64,000 bases of DNA, from assembly GCA_002709565.1 (NCBI GenBank), contig PAPY01000030.1, positions 50,844 to 114,843 of the forward strand. The letters are read 5' to 3'. Shown here piece by piece: positions 44,809 to 55,500 of the stretch. Each line of letters begins with the position of its first letter. Within the stretch, counting starts at the first letter, position 1. The notes below the pieces were generated by a model. That model searched no databases. It was not told the DNA's origin and saw only the letters and a list, made by a program, of their open reading frames with translations. The translations under genes were made by a program, and so were the position numbers. The DNA is from Legionellales bacterium (GTDB lineage: Bacteria > Pseudomonadota > Gammaproteobacteria > UBA1113).

Positions 44809-46269
44809 CTAAAACAAATCCTCTAACTCAATCACGCTGTCTATAATTTCGTCAGACCAAACATTGGCCTTTATACCCATCGTAGAAACCAACACGACCG
44901 AAACCTGCACCGCATCTGGAAATTGTTTCTGGTAAACGTCGATCTTATTGAGTAAATTTTTTGCTATTTTCTTATCAATCTGCAGCTTATTATTGCTGTA
45001 TTTAATTTCACACAAGCTGACAATACCATCATCACGAGCTATTAATAGATCAATCTGAGCCCCATTGTCATTACTTCCCGCTATCGGGCTGTACTGCCAG
45101 TGCCCCATTTGGCAATGGATGTCCATGAGATTAAGGGCTTGGCGAATTTTATGGATATGCTTCTGGCAAATGCTCTCAAAGGTATAACCCGACCAGCTGC
45201 GCCACTGCGGCGACTTCGCTGCTAAATGCCAATAGTTGGCTTTTGTATCCCTCACAGACTGTTCCTTGTAAGGCTCCACCCAGTTCAAATAAAAATACGT
45301 ATACTCATCAATTACGCGGTAGTATTGATCACGCTTACTACGGCCATAGGGTAAGTACTTTTGGATAAAACCTGCCGCTTCTAACTCTGACAGTCGCTTG
45401 GTGAAAGTGCCGCCTGTTTTTTTACCCAACCGTTGACTCAGTGTCTGAATCGATAAGCCATAGCGAGCTTTAGCAATCTCACGAACAATATTTAAATTAA
45501 GTTCTGCATTCTCAAACAGCGAGGCAAATAAACGATTAAACTCATCATACAATAAACCATCCTGCTTAAAGCACATGTCATTGATATTCTGGACTGCCGA
45601 TTTGGATTTTTTAATTTGTTTCAAATAATGTGGGATACCACCCGTTATCATATATGTGTCAAGTATCTGTTTATGGCTGAGCTTAATCTGTCGGGCAGCC
45701 AAAAATTCTTTTGTTTGCGACAAATCATAAGGTTGCAATAATAGCGTATTGGTCAAGCGGTTATACAGGCCACCTTTTGCATTAATTAAATTGTCCAACA
45801 TCCATGACGCTGCAGAACCACAAACAATCAATTTCAAATTAGGCATGCGTGACCAACGAGTATTCCAAAAATAATCAAGATTCTGAATAAAGCGAGAACG
45901 CTTGCTCGCCAGCCACGGTAATTCATCTAAAAATATCGTTATCTTTTTGCGTGGCGACTGTTTAGCAATTTCATCCGTTAGGCGGTTAAATGCTTCACGC
46001 CAAGACGCAGGTGGTTGTAAAGCGACACCAGAATAAAACGTATCGGCAAGACTTTGAGTGTAGTTTAATAGTTGGTCCCCCATAGCACCATCTTTAATCC
46101 CAGTTAACTCAAAGTAAACACCTTTATTGGAAAAGTACTCTCGTATAAGATGGGTCTTGCCTACTCGTCTACGGCCATAGACAGCGACAAACTCGGCTTC
46201 TTTTGACTGCCAAATTTGGTCCAAAAACGCCAGTTCCAAGCGCCGCCCTATAATATTCTGTACACCCAT
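44809..46269 (-). CDS. ATPase of the Arch_ATPase + DUF234 family (orphan AAA+ ATP-binding protein)
   Basis: 486 aa. Walker A GRRRVGKTHL. Architecture typical of the PF01637+DUF234 'ATPase' proteins, with a winged-helix C-terminal part. Confidence 0.7.
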   Translation of the reverse strand: MGVQNIIGRRLELAFLDQIWQSKEAEFVAVYGRRRVGKTHLIREYFSNKGVYFELTGIKDGAMGDQLLNYTQSLADTFYSGVALQPPASWREAFNRLTDEIAKQSPRKKITIFLDELPWLASKRSRFIQNLDYFWNTRWSRMPNLKLIVCGSAASWMLDNLINAKGGLYNRLTNTLLLQPYDLSQTKEFLAARQIKLSHKQILDTYMITGGIPHYLKQIKKSKSAVQNINDMCFKQDGLLYDEFNRLFASLFENAELNLNIVREIAKARYGLSIQTLSQRLGKKTGGTFTKRLSELEAAGFIQKYLPYGRSKRDQYYRVIDEYTYFYLNWVEPYKEQSVRDTKANYWHLAAKSPQWRSWSGYTFESICQKHIHKIRQALNLMDIHCQMGHWQYSPIAGSNDNGAQIDLLIARDDGIVSLCEIKYSNNKLQIDKKIAKNLLNKIDVYQKQFPDAVQVSVVLVSTMGIKANVWSDEIIDSVIELEDLF

Positions 46270-46286
46270 CTTTGCCCCAACTCATA

Positions 46287-46400
46287 AAGTTATCGCTGAT
46301 TATAGACAATTATAATCAGCGATAACTTTTTTCGCAAGAAGTTATCGCTGATTATAATTATTTATATGCAGCGATAACTTTTTTGGGGAGGAGTTGTCGC
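46287..46400. repeat. Array of AAGTTATCGCTGATTATA palindromes (one perfect 18-bp-arm inverted repeat, one partial, one degenerate half-site) between ppa and the DUF234 ATPase start
   Basis: AAGTTATCGCTGATTATA-gacaat-TATAATCAGCGATAACTT (46287-46328). AAGTTATCGCTGattataattatttatatgCAGCGATAACTT (46339-46380). Degenerate aGTTgTCGCTGATT (46392-46405). Each copy is preceded by an A5-6 run. Confidence 0.6.
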
Positions 46401-46461
46401 TGATTTGCCAAGATGGTGGGCGAGCTTAGTGCTGTTCACTCACCCGATGATTTTGGCTATG

Positions 46462-47007
46462 TTAGGCCGGGGTTTTACATGTTTCTTCGTAACGCGCCAT
46501 GCTAGAGCGGATTTCGTGCTGTGCTTCATCAACCCCAGCCCAGCCTTCTATCTTGACCCATTTGCCCTCCTCAAGATCTTTGTAATGCTCAAAGAAATGG
46601 GAAATTGAAGTCAACAGGTAGGTTGGCACATCATCTGGAGTACGCACGTTCTTGTATTCAGGTGAGAGACTTTCAACAGGCACGGCTAAGACTTTGGCAT
46701 CTTCGCCCTTCTCATCAGTCATCTTCAACACCCCAATAGGACGAGCCTCAATAACCGCACCAGAAATCAACGGTACCGGGGTGATAACTAAGACATCCAC
46801 CGGATCGCCATCGTCAGAAAGCGTCTTGGGTATATAACCATAGTTACAAGGGTAAAACATCGCTGTCGCCATAAAACGGTCAACAATAAGCGCGCCGGTT
46901 TCTTTGTCTACTTCGTATTTCACCGGGCCACTACGAGCGGGGATCTCGATGATGACATTACAAGATTCGGGGGCACTTTTGCCAGGAGTTACTTTCTCTA
47001 AATTCAT
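46462..47007 (-). CDS. ppa: Inorganic pyrophosphatase
   Basis: 181 aa with family-I PPase motifs ([24 protein letters not shown]). Confidence 0.9.
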   Translation of the reverse strand: MNLEKVTPGKSAPESCNVIIEIPARSGPVKYEVDKETGALIVDRFMATAMFYPCNYGYIPKTLSDDGDPVDVLVITPVPLISGAVIEARPIGVLKMTDEKGEDAKVLAVPVESLSPEYKNVRTPDDVPTYLLTSISHFFEHYKDLEEGKWVKIEGWAGVDEAQHEIRSSMARYEETCKTPA

Positions 47008-47049
47008 AGTATTACCTTTGTTATTGATTCGTTAACACCAACATTGCCA

Positions 47050-47871
47050 TCATTGGACCGCAGCACAATGACCGCAATGTTCAGCCTTCATGTAGTGGGG
47101 AATTTGCCCCTCAGTTAATTCAATGGGATTTTGACACTTCTGACATTGGCCATAATTTGACACGCTCAGATCTGTCTTTAAGGCTACTCGACCGTCAAAA
47201 ACATAACAATCACCGTGATAATGCTCACCCCCACATTCTTCGAAATATTTTAAAATCCCGCCATCCAGTTGATATACTTCTTTGAAGCCCTTCTCCATCA
47301 TAATGGGCGAAGCCTTCTCGCAACGGATCCCGCCAGTACAGAACATAACTACCGGCTTGTCTTTAATGGCAGGGTCAAGCTTGTCTATCGCCTCATCAAA
47401 AGCGCTGAATTCCTGAATATCCAAATCAACCGCACCATCAAAGGTACCGAATTTGATTTCATAATCATTGCGAGTATCGAGAATAAACATATCCTTACCC
47501 TCGTCGTACCATTGCTTCAAGGTTGCAGCGGAAATATGAGGCCCGGTGAATTTGCCAGGATTAACTTCTGGTCTACCGGTAGTGATGGCTTCTTTCTTCA
47601 CCCGAACGCGCAGACGGCGAAAAGGAATACGGTCAGAATAGCTTTGTTTGAATACGATACCCGCAAAATTAGGGTCCGTCTCAAGGAATGCCCGATAGGC
47701 ATCCGTAGCCTCGCGACTGCCTGCAAGTAGATGATTAGAGCCCTCTGGCGTCAATAATACCGTGCCCATGAGGCCCAAAGCCTTGCATTTGTCCTTGAAT
47801 AGGCGCTGATAGTCCTGGAGGTTATCCAGTTCGGCGAATTTATAGCCGGAAATGTTAACAATGTCATTCAT
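47050..47871 (-). CDS. trhO: Rhodanese-domain tRNA uridine(34) hydroxylase TrhO (YceA/UPF0176)
   Basis: 273 aa. Rhodanese active-site loop CTGGIRCEKAS. C-terminal Cys-rich tail (CQKCQNP...HCGHCAA). Confidence 0.8.
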   Translation of the reverse strand: MNDIVNISGYKFAELDNLQDYQRLFKDKCKALGLMGTVLLTPEGSNHLLAGSREATDAYRAFLETDPNFAGIVFKQSYSDRIPFRRLRVRVKKEAITTGRPEVNPGKFTGPHISAATLKQWYDEGKDMFILDTRNDYEIKFGTFDGAVDLDIQEFSAFDEAIDKLDPAIKDKPVVMFCTGGIRCEKASPIMMEKGFKEVYQLDGGILKYFEECGGEHYHGDCYVFDGRVALKTDLSVSNYGQCQKCQNPIELTEGQIPHYMKAEHCGHCAAVQ

Positions 47872-47924
47872 AGCTGCAAACCATAAGTGTTGTTAAAGAG
47901 GGACGCATTATCACGGAGATATGG

Positions 47925-48851
47925 CTAAAAAGCAAGCGCCGGCACGGTTAAATGCCCTCCCACCCCGGTCTGCAACGTCGCCTGGGTGCTGAAGCTGATG
48001 GGGCAATTCTGGGTACCATGGCCAACGCGAGCAGTTTGTAACACAGGCATAGCCAAGCCTTGAGCAAACTGCACCAACGCCCGTTGTAATGCTTCACGGG
48101 TTTTGGCTTGTTCTGCTGCATCTGCCCCCCAAGTATTGGCAAACACATCACCGAAGATTATGGTTTTTGCGTCAGTGAAAAAACCTATCCGTTGCAAATG
48201 CTTCAAAGTTCGACTGACTTTGTGGGGTCGTTCTGCTACTTCTTCGATTAACACAATTTTGCCCGCGGTTTGAATTTCCCAACTGTCTTTTAAACTCAAA
48301 TGCACCAAACTTAAATTGCCGCCAGTGATGGTCGCCTTAATAGTTGTATTGTCTTTTGCCGCCGTATTCAACGGTGCTAAATCATCAATGACAATGGCCT
48401 TGTCCCGTAACAAATAGTCAAAACTCCGCTCAATCGATGCCGGGTCTATTTTGTTCTCGACTATCTGTAATAACCCAGGACCGTGTACACAGGGCCATTG
48501 ATAACGATCAGCAAAATAAACCAATAACGGGGTAAAATCACTAAATCCTATCAAGACTTTAGGTGTGGTTTGCTTTAAAGCACTGTCATAGGCTTGTAAA
48601 TATGGCAATAGATCAGCACTGCCTTCCCCACCCCGCAAACTCCATATCGTGCCAATATTATCATTGAGCAAATAGCCTAAAAGGATTTCTGCCCGCTGTG
48701 TGGCCGGCAAACCTTGGTAGGTATCATGTTGATAAACCCCTTGTAAGCCGTAGGATTGACACATACGTTGGATGGCTTTAACCTGTTGCTCATCCGCTAG
48801 CGTGGTGCCGGTACAGACTAATGCGACGTCCTTTTCGGTATTGAGTGCCAT
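47925..48851 (-). CDS. ldcA: LD-carboxypeptidase (muramoyltetrapeptide carboxypeptidase, peptidase S66)
   Basis: 308 aa with S66-family motifs (IGFSDFTPLL, GxxHG...). Peptidoglycan recycling, like the ampD/ampE pair elsewhere in the window. Confidence 0.75.
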   Translation of the reverse strand: MALNTEKDVALVCTGTTLADEQQVKAIQRMCQSYGLQGVYQHDTYQGLPATQRAEILLGYLLNDNIGTIWSLRGGEGSADLLPYLQAYDSALKQTTPKVLIGFSDFTPLLVYFADRYQWPCVHGPGLLQIVENKIDPASIERSFDYLLRDKAIVIDDLAPLNTAAKDNTTIKATITGGNLSLVHLSLKDSWEIQTAGKIVLIEEVAERPHKVSRTLKHLQRIGFFTDAKTIIFGDVFANTWGADAAEQAKTREALQRALVQFAQGLAMPVLQTARVGHGTQNCPISFSTQATLQTGVGGHLTVPALAF

Positions 48852-48853
48852 GG

Positions 48854-49417
48854 TTATAACTCCGTGTTGCTGCGCACAAGGCTCAAAAATTCATGGCGGG
48901 TGGCTTGTTGATCGCGAAACGAACCCAACATACAAGAAGTACTCATAACAGAGTTTTGTTTCTCCACCCCTCGCATCATCATACAAAGATGCTTGGCCTC
49001 AATAATCACGCCAACCCCAGACGCCCCCGTCACCTCTTGCATGGCTTGGGCTATTTCCTTAGTGAGTTGCTCTTGAATTTGTAACCGACGGGCATACAAA
49101 TCAACAATGCGAGCGACTTTGGATAATCCCAGTACTTTTCCCGTTGGCAAATAGGCAACATGACACTTACCCACAAACGGCAACAGATGATGTTCACACA
49201 TGGAATAGAGCTCGATATTTTTGACCACCACCATTTCGTCAGTATCTGAAGTAAACACCGCCCCATTGACGATATCGTCTAAATTCTGCTGATAACCCTG
49301 GGTCAAAAAGCCCAGCGCCTTTGCCGCCCGATGAGGAGTACGGACCAAACCTTCACGAGTGGGATCTTCGCCAATTTGTTCAATCAGTGTGGCATACAGT
49401 TGTTCGAGTTTTTGCAT
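48854..49417 (-). CDS. folE: GTP cyclohydrolase I
   Basis: ORF track 48854..49504. Probable start is the internal ATG at 49415-49417 (MQKLEQLY...). Conserved [24 protein letters not shown] motifs. Confidence 0.85.
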   Translation of the reverse strand: MQKLEQLYATLIEQIGEDPTREGLVRTPHRAAKALGFLTQGYQQNLDDIVNGAVFTSDTDEMVVVKNIELYSMCEHHLLPFVGKCHVAYLPTGKVLGLSKVARIVDLYARRLQIQEQLTKEIAQAMQEVTGASGVGVIIEAKHLCMMMRGVEKQNSVMSTSCMLGSFRDQQATRHEFLSLVRSNTEL

Positions 49418-49502
49418 GGGTTGTTCGCTTATCTCTTGGTTACAATGGTGTGATCCTAACAAAATTTGCGCTAGAATAGAACGGAAATTGCAAGGAGATC
49501 CC

Positions 49503-49844
49503 ATGGATTGTTTATTTTGTCAGGTTGCCAGTGAAGAAGCACCAGCAACCATTATCTACCAAGATGACTTAGTGATTGCCTTTGATGATATTTATCCCAA
49601 AGCCCCCGTCCACAAGCTCATCATCCCCATCAAGCACATCGCCACCCTCAATGATTTAACCGCTGATGATACCCAGGTTATTGGGCATATGGTTCAAACC
49701 GCCAAACACTTAGCCAATGAGCTCAGTATTGCCGGAGACGGTTATCGTTTGATCTGGAATTGTAACGCCGGTGGCGGGCAAGTGATCTATCATATTCACT
49801 TGCATTTACTCGGCGGTCGCAGCATGGAATGGCCTCCGGGGTAA
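49503..49844 (+). CDS. HIT-family (histidine triad) nucleotide hydrolase
   Basis: ORF track starts at 49359. Real start is probably the ATG at 49503 (MDCLFCQV...). HIT motif HIHLHLLGG near the C-terminus. Confidence 0.8.
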   Translation: MDCLFCQVASEEAPATIIYQDDLVIAFDDIYPKAPVHKLIIPIKHIATLNDLTADDTQVIGHMVQTAKHLANELSIAGDGYRLIWNCNAGGGQVIYHIHLHLLGGRSMEWPPG

Positions 49845-49857
49845 AATTTTTCGTATT

Positions 49858-49888
49858 AACAGTTGTGTCGCTCTGCGACACAACTGTT
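49858..49888. terminator. Bidirectional terminator hairpin between the HIT gene and pnp (14-bp perfect stem AACAGTTGTGTCGC-tct-GCGACACAACTGTT)
   Basis: Perfect inverted repeat flanked by A/T-rich runs on both sides. Sits between convergent genes. Confidence 0.7.
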
Positions 49889-49899
49889 AATGAAAAATT

Positions 49900-52002
49900 T
49901 TAAGAAACCGCGTTTTCGACTTCTTTCATGCTCAAGCGGATACGGCCTTGGCGGTCGATCTCGAGCACTTTAACTTTGACTTCTTGACCTTCTTGTAGAT
50001 GGTCAGTGACTTGTTCAACACGCTCTTGGGTAATTTGCGAGATATGAACTAAGCCTTCTTTGCCGGGTAAAACACTGACAAAGGCACCGAAGTCCATGAT
50101 GCGCGTGACTTTACCGTCGTAGATTTTGCCAATCTCAACATCTGCTGTTAAGGATTCAATAATCTCAATAGCACGGCTAGTCGCATCACTGTCATTAGAG
50201 GCAATCTTAACTTCACCATCATCGCTGATATCAATGCTAACGCCGGTTTCTTCGATGATGCCTTTAATGGTCGCACCACCTTTACCAATGACGTCTTTAA
50301 TCTTTTCGGGTTTGATGTGTACGCTAACAATGCGCGGCGCATATTTCGAAACATCAGAACGAGGTGCTTGTAATTCTTGATTCATGATACCAAGAATATG
50401 GTTGCGACCTTCGCGTGCTTGCTCAAGGGCCACTTCCATAATTTGCTGGGTGATACCTTCAATCTTGATATCCATTTGTAGCGCTGTCACACCATTGGCA
50501 GTACCAGCGACTTTAAAGTCCATATCACCAAGGTGATCTTCATCACCAAGAATATCACTCAAGACCGCGAACTTGTCGTCGTCTTTTACCAAGCCCATAG
50601 CAATACCTGCCACTGGCGCTTTGATGGGTACACCCGCATCCATCAACGACAAGCTGGTACCACAAACCGTCGCCATGGAACTTGAACCGTTAGATTCAGT
50701 AATTTCAGAGACGACACGAATAGAATAAGGGTAATCAGCAAAATCAGGCAACACCGCAGCGATACCACGACGTGCTAGACGACCATGACCGATTTCACGA
50801 CGCTTAGGACCACTCATGAAGCCCACTTCACCCACAGAGTACGGCGGGAAGTTATAGTGCAACATGAACGGATCTTTACGCTCACCTTCGAGGGCATCAA
50901 TGATTTGCGCATCACGCTCAGTGCCTAGCGTTGCAACCACCACAGCTTGGGTTTCGCCGCGGGTAAAGATAGCAGAACCATGGGTACGGGGTAACACGCT
51001 AGTTTGCACATGAATAGGACGTACTGTACGGGTATCACGACCATCGATACGGGGTTGGCCGGCAAGGATTTGACCACGCACGATGCTTTTTTCGAGTTTA
51101 ACAAAGGCTTTCTCAGCTTCTGCGACTTGTTTATCTGCATCACCCTCAGCGGCATTGCTACTGATGTGGTTGATAACTTTGTCACGCAATTCACCAATAC
51201 GGCCGTAACGTTTTTGCTTTTCGTGCAATTTGTACGCTTCCCGTAGATCAGATTCAACCAAGCCCGCAACGGTATTTTGCATGTCAACATTCGCCGCAGG
51301 TGCTTGCCAATCCCATTTTGGTTTGCCCGCTTCATCCGCAAGCTCTTTGATGGCTTGAATAGCAATTTGCATTTGTTCATGACCGAAAACTACCGCACCT
51401 AACATGGTGGCTTCAGGTAATTCTTGCGCTTCAGACTCCACCATCAATACCGCATCTTGGGTACCAGCGACCACTAAATCTAGAGCTGAGGTTGCTAAGT
51501 CAGAGTAAGTTGGGTTTAAGAGGTATTGACCGTCTTTGTAACCCACCCGAGCAGCACCGATAGGACCGTTGAATGGCATACCAGAAATCGCCAATGCCGC
51601 AGAGGCACCCAAGAGAGCCGCAATATCAGGGCAGATATCCGGGTCAACCGACATCACCGTCGCGATGACTTGGACTTCGTTCTTGAAGCCATCAGCAAAC
51701 AGCGGACGAATAGGACGGTCAATCAAACGAGAGATCAAGGTCTCTGCTTCTGTTGGCCGACCTTCACGCTTGAAGTAGCCCCCAGGAATACGACCAGCAG
51801 CATAGACCCGCTCTTGGTAATTCACAGTCAACGGGAAAAAGTCCCGCCCTTCTTCAGATTCTTGTTTACCGACCGCAGTTACGAGGACGACAGTGTCTCC
51901 CATGCTGACTTTAACCGCACCAGAAGCTTGACGGGCGATACCACCGGTTTCGAGGGTGACGGTTTGATTGCCATAGGGAAATGATTTCTTAACTATATTC
52001 AT
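49900..52002 (-). CDS. pnp: Polynucleotide phosphorylase
   Basis: 700 aa. Two RNase PH domains, KH and C-terminal S1 domain ([13 protein letters not shown]...). Colinear with E. coli PNPase. Confidence 0.95.
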   Translation of the reverse strand: MNIVKKSFPYGNQTVTLETGGIARQASGAVKVSMGDTVVLVTAVGKQESEEGRDFFPLTVNYQERVYAAGRIPGGYFKREGRPTEAETLISRLIDRPIRPLFADGFKNEVQVIATVMSVDPDICPDIAALLGASAALAISGMPFNGPIGAARVGYKDGQYLLNPTYSDLATSALDLVVAGTQDAVLMVESEAQELPEATMLGAVVFGHEQMQIAIQAIKELADEAGKPKWDWQAPAANVDMQNTVAGLVESDLREAYKLHEKQKRYGRIGELRDKVINHISSNAAEGDADKQVAEAEKAFVKLEKSIVRGQILAGQPRIDGRDTRTVRPIHVQTSVLPRTHGSAIFTRGETQAVVVATLGTERDAQIIDALEGERKDPFMLHYNFPPYSVGEVGFMSGPKRREIGHGRLARRGIAAVLPDFADYPYSIRVVSEITESNGSSSMATVCGTSLSLMDAGVPIKAPVAGIAMGLVKDDDKFAVLSDILGDEDHLGDMDFKVAGTANGVTALQMDIKIEGITQQIMEVALEQAREGRNHILGIMNQELQAPRSDVSKYAPRIVSVHIKPEKIKDVIGKGGATIKGIIEETGVSIDISDDGEVKIASNDSDATSRAIEIIESLTADVEIGKIYDGKVTRIMDFGAFVSVLPGKEGLVHISQITQERVEQVTDHLQEGQEVKVKVLEIDRQGRIRLSMKEVENAVS

Positions 52003-52064
52003 TGATTGGTTCCTTTAACAGTAAGGTGAGAGGCGCATTTAGGTTGGCTCTCAGGGGAAATGGG

Positions 52065-52088
52065 GCCCAGCTGGCAATCCAGCTGGGC
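52065..52088 (-). promoter_or_regulatory. pnp leader stem-loop (GCCCAGCTGG-caat-CCAGCTGGGC) in the rpsO-pnp intergenic region
   Basis: Perfect 10-bp palindrome between the rpsO stop and the pnp start, at the position of the RNase III-processed hairpin / rpsO terminator known from E. coli. Confidence 0.55.
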
Positions 52089-52094
52089 AACAAA

Positions 52095-52361
52095 TTAGCC
52101 GCGAATACCGAGCTTTTGTAGTAATTCGCGATAAGCAGTTAAATCTTTTTTCTTGAGATATTTCATCAACTTACGGCGTTGTGCCACCATTTTCATCAAA
52201 CCACGACGAGAGTGGTTGTCTTTCTTGAATTGGTCAAAATGGCCTTGTAAGTCTTTAATACGCGCCGTTAACAGGGCGATTTGCACCTGCGGAGAACCTG
52301 TATCTCCTTGTTTTGATTGGTTTTCTTTGACGACATTTGCTTTGTCGGTTTTGCTTAACAT
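52095..52361 (-). CDS. rpsO: 30S ribosomal protein S15
   Basis: 88 aa, ...[22 protein letters not shown]..., typical S15. Upstream of pnp as in most Proteobacteria. Confidence 0.95.
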   Translation of the reverse strand: MLSKTDKANVVKENQSKQGDTGSPQVQIALLTARIKDLQGHFDQFKKDNHSRRGLMKMVAQRRKLMKYLKKKDLTAYRELLQKLGIRG

Positions 52362-52509
52362 TTATAACTCCTAACCTTCTTCTTTCGAGGTAAATTTCTG
52401 TACAATTTTTCCTACTTTTTAGGACGGGGCATTTTAAACCAATAAGGGGGTTAATAACAAGGGGGTTTTGGGGTTAATTTGCGGGTTTTTTGGGGCTATA
52501 TGGCCATAA

Positions 52510-55500
52510 CTAGCCGACATTAGCCGGAGCCTGGGACGGGAACTCACAGCCTAAGTCCTCGGGGAACTTACAGCCTAAGTCCTCCAATGCTGTTTTAGTA
52601 CGCTTGGAAGCCTCTGCAGCGGTGAAAAACAAGCTGGGCTTCTTCAATGTCAGGTAATTAGTGAAAACAGCATGGGCCACAGCGAGACCGGCCAAGACAA
52701 TTAGCCCTGTTCCGCCCGTTGCGATAGCATAACCCAAGAAACCAAGGGCTGCGATACCATAACAGACGGCTAAGCATTTCTTGCCAAATGCGTTGTTTGA
52801 TGGAAACATCTTAGCCCCTTCAAATGCCAAATCCCGCAAATGGGGTTCATCGGAATTGTGGATGTAATCGCGCATTTTTATAAGTTGGGCAGTGACGTTT
52901 GCTTTTTTGCCAGGTGTATTAGTAACTAGGACATCTGCAGCTGCCGTCATTGCAGAAATATCACGGCCCAAGGTTCTTAGGGCTGGTGTGTCTGAACCTG
53001 TAAATTGACTCGCTTGGGTTGCTAAGTCGCTCTTAACGCTGTCGTACTGACTCGTTAACGCTTCGATTTTATCTTTGATATTCTTTAAATCATCTCTCGC
53101 ATCAATAATAGATTGATAACGATGCTTAGGTTTTTTCGCGGTGAGCTTTTGTAAAAACGCAACAATCAGATCATCAATGTCATTGTCGCCGATAAAAGCG
53201 GTTTGTTTCAGTTCTGCTTCGCTAATAAGGTCAAGCCCTTTGAGTGGTCCTTCATTAACTTGATAACAATTTTGCAATAAGAAATCCCCCATCACAGCAG
53301 GATAAGCAAGGCGATGTTTGTTATTAACTTTTTTCCCTCTGAATAACAACATATAGCTGATAATACCGACGCTGAAGATATCTGTGGTGATTTGGACCTT
53401 ACAGTTAATACTGTGATTCTCAGGGGCCAAATAAAGTGGCGTACCACATTTAGAGAACTCATCAAACATTTGGCTCAACCCAAAATCAACAAGGTTAATT
53501 TTATTTAGCGCTTTCAATAGGTTTTCAGGCTTAATATCCCGATGAGAGAATTTTTTGTTCTCACAAGGCAATAGTGCTTCGAGCATATTATCGATAACAC
53601 CGAGCTGCTCTAAAATTGAAGCTTGTTTACAATCATCGCTGTTTATCCACTTAAGCAGCTGCTCACCGTTCTGTTTAGTCTGTATCGAACGCACTTTACG
53701 CTGACCTGCATTGGTATGGATATATTTTTTGACATATTTACTGGCATCTTCACCATCCTTGGCCTTCAACTCTGATTTCTTGTTGTTTTCCAGCTTTTCT
53801 TGATTCGGGGCAGTAACGATAGCTTGGTGCCGTTGCTCATCTTGTAAATCATGATACTCATCCGCATAGTAAACTTCATTACAGCCTCGCACCAAGCCAT
53901 CATCAGATTCTGCATCTGTCACGACTTTCAGCACCTGTGGTTTTTCGGGCTTATCAATTGCGATTAGTTCATCGACATGTGCAGGAACTTTAATCTCCCA
54001 CAACACGTTGAATACTTTACCCATGTTACCATTACCGACGGGGTTTACATGATCGTAGACATGATAAATGACACTGCCATCGTCATTGACTCTGGTTAAT
54101 ACCATGGAGTGACTGAGGCTGATGCGGAGATCGGCAATACTAGGTAAACCCTCAATCTTACTCAAAGCACTTTTAGCCTGTTCGTCTAATGCCGAAAATC
54201 CAAACGTCAGCCTTTCTTTAGAAACAGCCCCTTCTCTTCGGTCTTTTTCCCGTGCTACAGGTTTCCAGCGTTCATATTTAGGGCGCTTACCTAAGTGATC
54301 TACAATAGTGTCGTTTTTATAAGTTTCTATACCTTCCGTCTTTGCGCCATGAACGTGACTACCCGGTTTCAACAATGCCGTTAATAAGGCTTTATCTTTA
54401 TCGGTAAATTCTGTCTTATCCGGATCAAAGTTAATAAAGCCTGCTGTATTCCGTACTTCGGCCAGCGGATCATCTGTGTCATGGTCCTGGCTTCCAGTTT
54501 CATCGACCAAGCTCGCTAAATCATCATCATCGCCTTCACCCCTGCCTGATGAGCCATTATCTCCTGTTGCATCCCTACTCATACTGACTTCACTCATCCG
54601 AGCATGTTCCGCAGCTTGCCCTGGCTCCATTGACTCCGTTGGCTCAACCGCCTGTTCCTCAAATAAAGTATCAGCAACTGTCCCTAAAATAGATTCAGGT
54701 TCGTCGTCATAATAGGCAAGAATTTCATCAAGCATGGCAATAGCATCATCATCAGATGCTGTACGGTTATGACGCTCAAGCTCGACATTTTTTTGTAAAA
54801 ATGCTGCGATTTTTCGATCAATCTCATCATTAGAATCAAAAATATTGTGCTGATGATTTTGAATAAAATGTCTACCCAACAGCGCAAACTCACCATCACG
54901 CTCTATAGCTGCGACTCGCATGCTCTCTGGGGCAACCTCAAGATCCATGTAAGCAATTTGATAACACATAATACCCAGACTGAAAATATCAATCGACTCC
55001 TGTACAGCCTCGCCTCTCTGACTTGCTTCTAGTGGTTGGTGAGGCAGGTGCATAACTGTATTTCGGCTTCCTTTCCATTTGCTGACGCCTAAGTCAACTA
55101 TTTCAATACTATCACCATTAATTATCAGGTTGTCTGGTTTAAGGTCGCGATGGACCAGTCCTAGTCCGTGACATCTTTTAGCCGCTCTATATAAGCTTCG
55201 CATCAACTGTAGCCGTTCACGCATACTCACAGACTCAAGGGTATTTTGTTGTAACCACCGCTCTAACGTAATGCCATTTATTTTCTTTTGTAGTGAGCGA
55301 ACCTTAATGTCATGGGAGTCATGAGACACGTATTCAGGGTGCTTCATAACAGCTAAGTTAGTCATCTCCAGCTCTGCTTCAGAGCGATTAATAATTGCCT
55401 GGTGTGCCTCTTCATTAGATAGTTCATTGATGAGGTTAGTGTTAAAGACTTCATTAACCGCACGTTCTATTTTCTTTTTTCTTGCCGCTTTATCTTGCTC

